DNA from: a virus
Direction: 5' to 3' (one strand)
IMG/VR virus record: IMGVR_UViG_3300009285_000021
Location: 1 to 44,050 of that record
Length of the DNA stretch: 44,050 nt
Shown here one piece after another: positions 23,359-31,062 of the stretch. A program made the position numbers and the translations under genes. The first letter of the stretch is position 1; each line of letters opens with the position of its first letter. The notes under the pieces were generated by a model. That model did no database searches. It worked only from the letters and a program-made list of their open reading frames with translations, and had not been told where the DNA came from.

Positions 23359-24062
23359 TAGAAAGAAAATGTTTAATATGTAATAAAGTATTTAAAGTAA
23401 AGCCATCCAGAATAAAAGATGGAGGTGGCAAATATTGCAGTAATACATGTAGATATAACGGGAAAAAGAAAGAACATCACTGGAATTGGACAGGAGGAAA
23501 ACATAATATAAGGTATTGTAAGGCGTGTGGGAAAAAAATATGTTTAACAAATAGTCAAATAAAAAAAGGTATGGGTAATTTTTGTTCTTATACGTGTTCG
23601 GCTTCTGATAGGACCGGAATAAAAAATCCTAATTGGCGTGGAGGTGGAACTCTAAAAACTTGTAAAAGTTGCGGAAAAGAGTTTATGGTTAGAAGAGGTA
23701 GCAATCATCAATGTTGCAGTAAAGAATGTATTAGTGGAAAATATCATCCAAACTGGAAAGGTGGAAATACACCAATAATTATTAAAATTAGAATGTCTAC
23801 AAAATATAAACACTGGCGACAACAAGTATTTATTCGTGATAACTTTACCTGTCAAGATTGCGGTCAAAGAGGTGGCTATTTAGAATCACATCATCATAAA
23901 AAGACTTTCACCGATATATTGGAAGAGGTAAAAAAGAATTTGCCTTTAATGGAATTGTATGATGGTGCAATGGTATACGAGCCATTATGGGATATTGATA
24001 ATGGTAAAACACTTTGTAATAAATGCCACAATAAAACGAAAAAAGGAAGAAAATGCGTATAG
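23355..24062 (+). CDS. HNH homing endonuclease
   Basis: It has repeated Zn-ribbons and NW(T/R/K)GG motifs. The HNH core reads CQDCG...ESHHHKK...NGKTLCNKCH. It sits between the methyltransferase and the radical SAM gene. Confidence 0.85.
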   Translation: MIERKCLICNKVFKVKPSRIKDGGGKYCSNTCRYNGKKKEHHWNWTGGKHNIRYCKACGKKICLTNSQIKKGMGNFCSYTCSASDRTGIKNPNWRGGGTLKTCKSCGKEFMVRRGSNHQCCSKECISGKYHPNWKGGNTPIIIKIRMSTKYKHWRQQVFIRDNFTCQDCGQRGGYLESHHHKKTFTDILEEVKKNLPLMELYDGAMVYEPLWDIDNGKTLCNKCHNKTKKGRKCV

Positions 24063-25306
24063 CTCTTGTTAATCCCCCTTGCTATGGAGAGAATTTTCAC
24101 ATTTCCGGAATTTCGGGCTGTCGTTGGAGTTCTTTAAGTCCAAACACAATAAACAAAGAACCGTTAAAAACCCAAAAGGATTATTATTATGCAATATTCC
24201 CATTTCCATTAGCTTTTGCTTCGACGATATTGAAAAGTCAGGGACATACAGCAAGAGTTTTTGATTTTCTAAATCTTAATATTTCCTATGGGGAAATGTA
24301 TGAAATTTTAAAAGAATTTAACCCAGATAAAATTTATCTTGAAAGTTGCAATGTTTCGTACAATCAAGATATTCAGATATTAGAGAACATAAAAGAGTTT
24401 ATGAATATTCCTGTATGTATGGTCGGAAGTGTGGTAAGACAAAAGAAAGGGGACATACCGAAAGGGATTGAGTACATTGAAGGCAATTACTTACAGACAT
24501 TAGGCGGTGAGAATTACGTTGATTTGTTGACAATGCCGGATCGTGATGATTCGGTACTACTTTACAATGACTATCATTCATTTGCACATATTATCAAAAA
24601 ACCTCAATTACAAGTATGGTCGAGTATAGGCTGTAAGTTTAATTGTAGCTTCTGCTCCTGGCGGTGGAACGTTTATGACGGGAAGGTGGCATACAGAAAG
24701 ATTGAACATATTCGGGACGAAATAAAGTATGCTGTTGAGAAGTGGGGTATTAAGTCTGTGTTACTAGATGATGATACGGTGAACATGAATGATGACAGAA
24801 CAAAAGAACTCGTTAAAATGATAAATAAGGATTTAAAAGGTTTACAATTTTCAGCAATGGTCAGAGCGGACTCGTGCAGTTTAGATACGTTTAAAGCAAT
24901 GAAGGACGCGGGGTTTGTTAGCTTAAAGGTCGGAGTTGAAACGTTCAGCCCGTCCGTACTCAAGAAAATAGGCAAGGGACTTGAATCGGCGGAGTTGCTT
25001 GAGCGGATATTGAAGTTATGGGATATGGGGTACTTCATGTATCTTTCTACCATGTCACACATTTTAGGCGAAACAGAACAAGAAAGAGAAGAAACGAATA
25101 TTATACTAAAGGAACTGGGAACGCTCGGAATAAAATATCAGCGTCCAATGGCGGTGCCTCTTCCCGGTACAAAAATGGGCAAGGAATTTCAGGAGTGGGA
25201 GTTGCGTAATTTTGGGGATGTTATACCTGACTTTGATTATGGCAAGTACGACGGGTCAGGGGAGTTAATGAAAAGGATAATGGCGTATTCAAAGGGGAAG
25301 CAATGA
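24053..25306 (+). CDS. B12-binding-domain radical SAM enzyme (class B)
   Basis: The N-terminus reads RIALVNPP, typical of the cobalamin-binding domain. The CX3CX2C motif is IGCKFNCSFCSW. An Elp3-like core follows (SLKVGVETFS). Confidence 0.8.
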   Translation: MRIALVNPPCYGENFHISGISGCRWSSLSPNTINKEPLKTQKDYYYAIFPFPLAFASTILKSQGHTARVFDFLNLNISYGEMYEILKEFNPDKIYLESCNVSYNQDIQILENIKEFMNIPVCMVGSVVRQKKGDIPKGIEYIEGNYLQTLGGENYVDLLTMPDRDDSVLLYNDYHSFAHIIKKPQLQVWSSIGCKFNCSFCSWRWNVYDGKVAYRKIEHIRDEIKYAVEKWGIKSVLLDDDTVNMNDDRTKELVKMINKDLKGLQFSAMVRADSCSLDTFKAMKDAGFVSLKVGVETFSPSVLKKIGKGLESAELLERILKLWDMGYFMYLSTMSHILGETEQEREETNIILKELGTLGIKYQRPMAVPLPGTKMGKEFQEWELRNFGDVIPDFDYGKYDGSGELMKRIMAYSKGKQ

Positions 25307-26031
25307 TAAAGTTTAATGGTGTAAAAATAAATGTTACTAAGTTTCCAGATAAAACATCACAAGTGTGGAAACTGACAAACCTTGTATCATCAGGCAATAA
25401 TGCTGTGGATTGGTATTTTGATTACGAGGGGGAAATAGTTTTGTTGGCTCAATTAAAATTTCTCTTGGATAGTATGAAAATAATACCAACACTTTACATC
25501 CATTACTTGCCTTATGGCAGACAAGATAAAGAAGTTTCAAATGATTCTACTTTTGCATTATTCCCTTTTGCTAAACTTCTCAATGTTCTGGAATTTAAAG
25601 CTATAAATATATTAGATCCGCATAGTTGGAAAGCAACAACACTTATAAATAATTCAAAGGCAATATACAAATACGAATATTTGCAAAGTGTAATAAAGGA
25701 TAGGAATATAGATGTTTTATGTTTTCCTGACAAGGGAGCATTTGAGAAATACAGTACGTTGCCTGTCTATTCGAGCTTACCATTTATTGTTGGTGAAAAA
25801 GTACGGGAGCAATCTACTGGGAATATAACTCATTATAATATATCTGGCAAAGTTAAAGATAAAAATGTTCTTATCGTTGATGACATTTGTGACGGTGGAG
25901 CAACGTTTATTATTATTGCGAAAAGTATTAAAGCTTTAGGGTCAAAAGAGATTGATTTGTTTGTAACTCACGGACTATTTACTAAAGGCAAAGACATATT
26001 ACTCAACGCAGGTATATCTAAAATATTTTAG
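25303..26031 (+). CDS. Ribose-phosphate pyrophosphokinase-like enzyme (Prs homologue; candidate ADPR-pyrophosphate synthetase Adps of NARP1)
   Basis: Motifs YLPYGRQD, ILDPHS and VLIVDDICDGGATF (the PRPP/ribose-phosphate binding loop). At 242 aa it is shorter than housekeeping Prs. Confidence 0.75.
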   Translation: MIKFNGVKINVTKFPDKTSQVWKLTNLVSSGNNAVDWYFDYEGEIVLLAQLKFLLDSMKIIPTLYIHYLPYGRQDKEVSNDSTFALFPFAKLLNVLEFKAINILDPHSWKATTLINNSKAIYKYEYLQSVIKDRNIDVLCFPDKGAFEKYSTLPVYSSLPFIVGEKVREQSTGNITHYNISGKVKDKNVLIVDDICDGGATFIIIAKSIKALGSKEIDLFVTHGLFTKGKDILLNAGISKIF

Positions 26032-26039
26032 GAGGGGAT

Positions 26040-27524
26040 GTGAAAAAACTTAATGCAATGCTGATGTGCGACTTCTATAAAATAGCTCATAGGACTATGT
26101 ATCCTGATAAAACAGAGTTGGTATATTCAACGTGGATTCCTAGAACATCGAGAATGAATTGTAATGAGGTTGTAGTGTTTGGTATTCAATCTTTTGTTAA
26201 GCTATATCTTATAGATTTCTTTAATGATAACTTTTTCAACAGGAATGAGGAAGAGATTGTAGAAGAGTATTCAAGGATAATAAAAAATACGCTCGGTGAG
26301 CAAACTCCCGATGTACAGCATATAAGAGATTTACATAAACTAGGATATTTGCCATTGAGAATGAGGGCGTTACCCGAAGGATCGGTTATTCCGTTAAGAG
26401 TACCAATGATGACAGTAGAGAATACTAATCCTAAGTTTTTTTGGTTGACAAACTTTATAGAATCTCTTGCTTCCTGTGAACTTTGGCAATCAGCAACATC
26501 CGCAACAATAGCAAGAGAATATAAAAAGATACTTGATTTCTGGGCTATTAAGACAGTCGGCAATACTGAATTTGTTAAGTTTCAAGGACACGATTTTTCA
26601 ATGAGGGGTATGAGTAGTTTGAATTCGGCAATATCTAGTGGGATGGGTCATTTAACTTCTTTTGTTGGTACTGACAATATTCCGGCAATACAGGGAGCAG
26701 AAGAGGTGTACGGTGCGGACGTAGAAAAGGAATTAGTCGGTACGTCTATACCGGCAACAGAACATTCAGTCCAGTGTGCGTATGAGGATGATTTAGAATA
26801 TTTAAGAAATATTATAACAAAAGTACATCCTAAAGGATTTGTTTCAATTGTTTCCGATGGTTATGACTTCTGGGATGTTATCGGTCGAGTTATACCATTA
26901 CTTAAAACAGAAATACTTAACCGCAAGGGCGGTACAATAGGTGACAGAGTGGTAATAAGACCTGATAGCGGTAATCCGGTAAAGATTGTATGCGGTGATT
27001 CAGAGGGTGAAACAGAAATTGAACGCAAGGGAGCAATAGAAGCGTTATGGGATATATTCGGTGGAACTGTATCGGAGAATGGGTATAAGGTGCTTGATTC
27101 ACATATAGGATTGATTTACGGTGACGCTATAACGCTTGAACGCTGTAATGAAATATGCAGACAATTGGAAGCGAAGGGATTTGCTTCAGTAAATTGTGTT
27201 TTCGGTATCGGTTCATATACTTATCAGTACAACACAAGAGATACTTTCGGATTTGCTTTAAAGAGTACTCTTTGCGTTATAGACGGTGTTGAGAAACAAA
27301 TATTTAAAACACCAAAAACGGACAATGGAGTTAAGAACAGCTTAAAGGGTAGGGTTATTGTTGTTGAAGAAAATGGCAAATACAAATATATTGACGGTAT
27401 TGGATTAAAAGAACATAGACCTGAAAACTGTTTGAAGGATGTATTTTCAAATGGTAAACTATGCAATGAACAAACGTTAAGTGAAATAAGAACAAGGATA
27501 ATTAAATACTCGGAGGGAAAATGA
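26040..27524 (+). CDS. Nicotinamide phosphoribosyltransferase-family enzyme (NadV/NAMPT or NARP1 Namat)
   Basis: 494 aa. The N-terminus reads MLMCDFYKIAHRTMYP (the DxYK.xH signature). Further motifs are FQGHDFSMRG, VIRPDSGNP and GLIYGDAIT. GTG start at 26040. Confidence 0.85.
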   Translation: MKKLNAMLMCDFYKIAHRTMYPDKTELVYSTWIPRTSRMNCNEVVVFGIQSFVKLYLIDFFNDNFFNRNEEEIVEEYSRIIKNTLGEQTPDVQHIRDLHKLGYLPLRMRALPEGSVIPLRVPMMTVENTNPKFFWLTNFIESLASCELWQSATSATIAREYKKILDFWAIKTVGNTEFVKFQGHDFSMRGMSSLNSAISSGMGHLTSFVGTDNIPAIQGAEEVYGADVEKELVGTSIPATEHSVQCAYEDDLEYLRNIITKVHPKGFVSIVSDGYDFWDVIGRVIPLLKTEILNRKGGTIGDRVVIRPDSGNPVKIVCGDSEGETEIERKGAIEALWDIFGGTVSENGYKVLDSHIGLIYGDAITLERCNEICRQLEAKGFASVNCVFGIGSYTYQYNTRDTFGFALKSTLCVIDGVEKQIFKTPKTDNGVKNSLKGRVIVVEENGKYKYIDGIGLKEHRPENCLKDVFSNGKLCNEQTLSEIRTRIIKYSEGK

Positions 27525-27754
27525 AGAAGAAACATTTAATAATAGGTGTAGGCGATCTTGTAGACAAGTTGTCAATAGCCAACGCAAAAATAGGACGGCT
27601 CGAAACAAAGGCAAGAAGTGAGAATATATCAAATGAGGAGAGAGGTAAGCTAACATTACAGATAAGACAGATAAATGATAATGACCGTGTTGTAGCCCGT
27701 AACGCCTTAAACATACTATTCGGGAAAGATTACTGGGAGGAAAAAGACAAGTGA
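27521..27754 (+). CDS. 77-aa helical protein of unknown function, coupled at both ends
   Basis: ATGA overlap with the NAMPT-like gene and GTGA overlap with the radical SAM gene. It contains no Cys. The sequence includes DLVDKLSIANAKIGRLE... Confidence 0.5.
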   Translation: MKKKHLIIGVGDLVDKLSIANAKIGRLETKARSENISNEERGKLTLQIRQINDNDRVVARNALNILFGKDYWEEKDK

Positions 27755-28794
27755 GCTATGCAAAATGGAAGAACTTTAAAATATTAAGCCACTATGATAG
27801 TGCTTTAAAAATAAAGGAAGGAAAAAGGGTTTTTCCCCGTATGGCGTTATTTTGCCCGTCATCAGCTTGTGATTTATCCTGTTATTATTGCGATTACCCC
27901 GAGGATAATGCGAAGGCAACAATAATGGCAGAGGATAAGGCATTAGATGTGATTAAGCAGTTAGCGGGTGCAGGTGTAAAGGGAATTGATTTCTGCGGGT
28001 TAGGTGAGCCATTACTTGTGCCTTACGCAAAGAAGTTATTGAACTTAATCAAAACAAAAGGCATGGAGTTTGGTATAATCAGCAATGGAACTCACTTTAA
28101 AGACGATCTAATGGAGTTTATAGTAAAGCACGGGCGGTATATCAGAATTAGTTTAGATTCAGCAATACCTGAACTTTATACTGAAATGAAAGGGGTTGAT
28201 AAATGCGAACTGGTAAAGGAAAACATTGTTAAGGCGATTGAATTTAAAAAGAAAAACAATTACAAATGCGAAATATCAGTTAGAATAGGTTTAACAAAGA
28301 AAAACTTTACAGCTATGAACTTGACTAAGACATTACAATTCTGTTATGAAAGTGGAGTTGATATAATAAACATCAGACCTATGCAACAAGTGGCAGATGA
28401 AATTGACGAAACAAAAGATAAAGAGTTAATCACGTCTTTAATGGAGTTTATAGGACAACGTGAGTATGCAGAGATTATGAAGGGCAAGGAAAGGCGGTTG
28501 ATAGTAAGTTTTAGTAAGTCAACAATAGAAACAAAATGCTGGTTGACGCCTTTACATACGGTTATTATGGCGGACGGTAATGTGTATCTGTGTTGCTACT
28601 TTCAGGATCGTAAGGACAAACATTGTATCGGCAACATACTTGAGAAGCCATTTAAAGAGATATGGGGAAGTAGAAGGCACAAAGAAGCAATAGCAAGTAT
28701 AGACCCAAAAGAGTGCAATCAGTTCAGTTGTAAGTTTCACGGATATAACCGAACCTTAGACGAGTTTATGACATCAGATCCGGAGCATTTATGA
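27751..28794 (+). CDS. Radical SAM enzyme with a C-terminal SPASM/twitch-like auxiliary Cys cluster
   Basis: The CX3CX2C motif is ACDLSCYYCDY, followed by GLGEPLL. The C-terminus reads CWLTP...IMADGNVYLCCYF...HCIGNILEKPFKEIWGS...C..FSC. GTG start. Confidence 0.8.
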   Translation: MSYAKWKNFKILSHYDSALKIKEGKRVFPRMALFCPSSACDLSCYYCDYPEDNAKATIMAEDKALDVIKQLAGAGVKGIDFCGLGEPLLVPYAKKLLNLIKTKGMEFGIISNGTHFKDDLMEFIVKHGRYIRISLDSAIPELYTEMKGVDKCELVKENIVKAIEFKKKNNYKCEISVRIGLTKKNFTAMNLTKTLQFCYESGVDIINIRPMQQVADEIDETKDKELITSLMEFIGQREYAEIMKGKERRLIVSFSKSTIETKCWLTPLHTVIMADGNVYLCCYFQDRKDKHCIGNILEKPFKEIWGSRRHKEAIASIDPKECNQFSCKFHGYNRTLDEFMTSDPEHL

Positions 28795-29669
28795 AAGTTG
28801 GGTTATACCTATCACATATGAACAGTTACACCCACACAAAAGGTGTTTTTGGTGAAGAAATTTTAGTTGATGCCTATATCAAAGGATTACGCAAGAACTA
28901 CCCTGAACATACATTTAACAAATACGGCGACAATATGGGATTTACTCCGATTGTTGACATAGCAATATATTTTAGTGGTAAGGCAAAGAACAAGGGGAAA
29001 CAAAAGAATATTTATATTCAGCAGAATTACAGATTAGAGAACGATTTACAAGCAAAGATAGTAAAACAATACAAAGATATAATACGGGATAGTAATACAA
29101 AGGTTGCGACAATAAGCGGAAAGTATGCAAAGGAACACGGATGGTACTTGCTTGAGCCGGCAGTTGATACAGATTTATTTTATCCGGTTAAGTTTAATCA
29201 ATTGTATAACTTTGATGTTAGCTACATAGGAAACAATATAAAGGACTTAGAGAAATCAAAACAATATCTCGGCATACAAGGTGCAAAGGTCGGAGTATTC
29301 GGACATGGATTTAACAATCCGATAAGTCATAAGGATTCATTGAACATCTATACATCAAGCTTTATAAACTTAAATTATGTTATCAGGCCTGAATTGGACG
29401 TATTGATATGCAGACCGTACCAGATCGCCGGGTGCAAGGGCTTTATAGTAAGTGAGTGGACTGAATCGCTTGAAAAGAACTTCGGGAAAACAATAGAGTA
29501 TGTAAGACCAGGGCAGAATCCGAGTTTAAGGATAAAGGAAGTGTTGGCACAAATAAAAGGCAATACATCAAAGGCAAAACAACAAAGGGAAGAAGCATAT
29601 AAGATTGTGCTTGATAAGTTTAACTGTGAGATACAAGCGGAAAAACTGTGGAGGTGGATAAATGAGTGA
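28791..29669 (+). CDS. CgeB-like (Glyco_trans_1_2-type) glycosyltransferase candidate
   Basis: The C-terminal half reads DVSYIGNN...INLNY...LICRPYQIAGCKGFIVSEW... and resembles 33580-34497 and the CgeB family. Confidence 0.5.
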   Translation: MKVGLYLSHMNSYTHTKGVFGEEILVDAYIKGLRKNYPEHTFNKYGDNMGFTPIVDIAIYFSGKAKNKGKQKNIYIQQNYRLENDLQAKIVKQYKDIIRDSNTKVATISGKYAKEHGWYLLEPAVDTDLFYPVKFNQLYNFDVSYIGNNIKDLEKSKQYLGIQGAKVGVFGHGFNNPISHKDSLNIYTSSFINLNYVIRPELDVLICRPYQIAGCKGFIVSEWTESLEKNFGKTIEYVRPGQNPSLRIKEVLAQIKGNTSKAKQQREEAYKIVLDKFNCEIQAEKLWRWINE

Positions 29670-30123
29670 ACTAAAACAATGGATAAAATGTTTGACAGAA
29701 CGTCACGAGTGGAAGGAAGAAGGTACAGGCAAAGACAACAAGATTGTTTGCTTCTGTAAGTATTGTGGCAAAGTAATAACAATAGAGAAAATAGTAAACG
29801 AAAGAGAACAAAGAGCAAAGGAAACAGATGGTAATCCTTACGGAGAAGCAGAGCATTGTTTTGGCTTATGGTCAGGACAAGTTAATTGGTTTGTGCCTTA
29901 TTATAAATTGGTAAGACAATACGCAGGGGAAACAATAGCCAACAACTACAAGACAGCTAAACAGATACAAGCTAACAACACAATGGAAGGACTGATTAAG
30001 AAGTATCAGCAAAACATGAAGTACGCTGAACAACAAGCAAAGAAACAAAAGAAAACAATAGCAACAAGAAGCTTTAGAATTATAGATGAACAAGGTAATG
30101 TACTACACAAGTGGACTGCTTAA
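29662..30123 (+). CDS. Hypothetical protein (153 aa), the last gene of the accessory operon
   Basis: Coupled ORF with an 8-nt overlap. It has a Zn-ribbon-like CFCKYCGK motif. Confidence 0.5.
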   Translation: MSELKQWIKCLTERHEWKEEGTGKDNKIVCFCKYCGKVITIEKIVNEREQRAKETDGNPYGEAEHCFGLWSGQVNWFVPYYKLVRQYAGETIANNYKTAKQIQANNTMEGLIKKYQQNMKYAEQQAKKQKKTIATRSFRIIDEQGNVLHKWTA

Positions 30124-30629
30124 ACAAAAGGATAAAACAATATGAGTACTGTATACATACACACACCTAGACTAACAGGGAAGTACTTACCAACCTTTAT
30201 TACATACGTTAGTATGAACTACTTATCCCTTATCTCATTATGCTCACTACACTCCATAACAAATACTAAATATACTTTACTACGTAAGAGCTTTTGTTGT
30301 GCATTGACAGTTAGAAAAGCCTTTATAATTCTAGTTATCATAATGCACCTTATAGGCGTTTGTATTGTAAGAATAGGCTATACAGGGTAATAGTTATTAC
30401 ATGGATTACGATACATACTGTGCAATACGTTCCATAGTTTCGTTCATAAAAGATTATATGCTGTAAAGAGTTCTATGTATCAAGTGGGGGTATCAATAAT
30501 ATCTACGTTTGGATTTTAAATGGTTTTTAGTCCCAATTCGTGCCGATAGCATTTTAGAAATCTAAAAGTGTTAGGACGGAGTGGAAAAGGTGAAATAAGT
30601 TTTAGTAATATATAAGGAGATTTAGAGAA

Positions 30630-30860
30630 ATGGAAAAAAAAGGGCAAAGTTGTAAGTGTAGGGATAGCAAGGGGAAAATGCTAATGGCTCGTAGGCGGAA
30701 CACTTTAGCGGAGTTGGACGAAAAGATAAAGGAAATGGCTGAGGAACTGTGGGAGCTGAGGGTATTCCGGGCGGAGATAAGGAAGGTGATAGATGGGGAG
30801 AAAACGAAGGCGGTTAAAGTGGGGAGAGGCAAGGGTAAGTACGACGGGAAAGATTTATAA
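30630..30860 (+). CDS. Hypothetical basic/coiled protein (76 aa)
   Basis: AAGGAG RBS at about 30614. It is the first ORF after the 500-nt non-coding gap. Confidence 0.4.
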   Translation: MEKKGQSCKCRDSKGKMLMARRRNTLAELDEKIKEMAEELWELRVFRAEIRKVIDGEKTKAVKVGRGKGKYDGKDL

Positions 30861-31062
30861 GCGGAAGAAGGGAAGTTATGGAGTTGGTGGAAAGGGTCGG
30901 TATGTGCGGAGTAAGAAAGATCGGGAGAGACAGGCGAAAGCAATGAGAGGAAAGATAAGCCGGATTTATCGGATGGGACGTAGTGACGAGTTTTTCCAAA
31001 AGATACAACGTGAAAGGATAGTGAGGTCGGTTTTGAAGGAGTTGGGACTTGGAAACAAATGA
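30793..31062 (+). CDS. Very basic 89-aa ORF overlapping the previous one in the +1 frame
   Basis: The ORF is open in a purine-rich stretch. The true start and the reality of the gene are uncertain. Confidence 0.35.
   Translation: MGRKRRRLKWGEARVSTTGKIYKRKKGSYGVGGKGRYVRSKKDRERQAKAMRGKISRIYRMGRSDEFFQKIQRERIVRSVLKELGLGNK

Noticed and set aside
27521-28794. RiPP precursor plus maturase interpretation of the 77-aa ORF and the SPASM radical SAM enzyme
   Set aside because: I did not adopt it as the primary call. The rSAM enzyme has only about 40 residues before the cluster, so there is no room for an RRE domain. The small protein is long, helical and Cys-free, and no protease or exporter gene is nearby. 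It is retained as an explicit alternative in the finding.
30304-30329. TTGACA ... TATAAT pair that looks like a fourth consensus promoter
   Set aside because: The spacer is only 14 nt, outside the functional 16-18-nt range of the primary sigma factor. I kept it only as part of the regulatory-gap finding.
30142-30390. 82-aa ORF in the gap after the accessory operon
   Set aside because: The sequence is low-complexity, G-poor and Tyr/Leu/Ile/Thr/Cys-rich. It has no SD and is not coupled to its neighbours. It lies in a region that looks regulatory or packaging-related.
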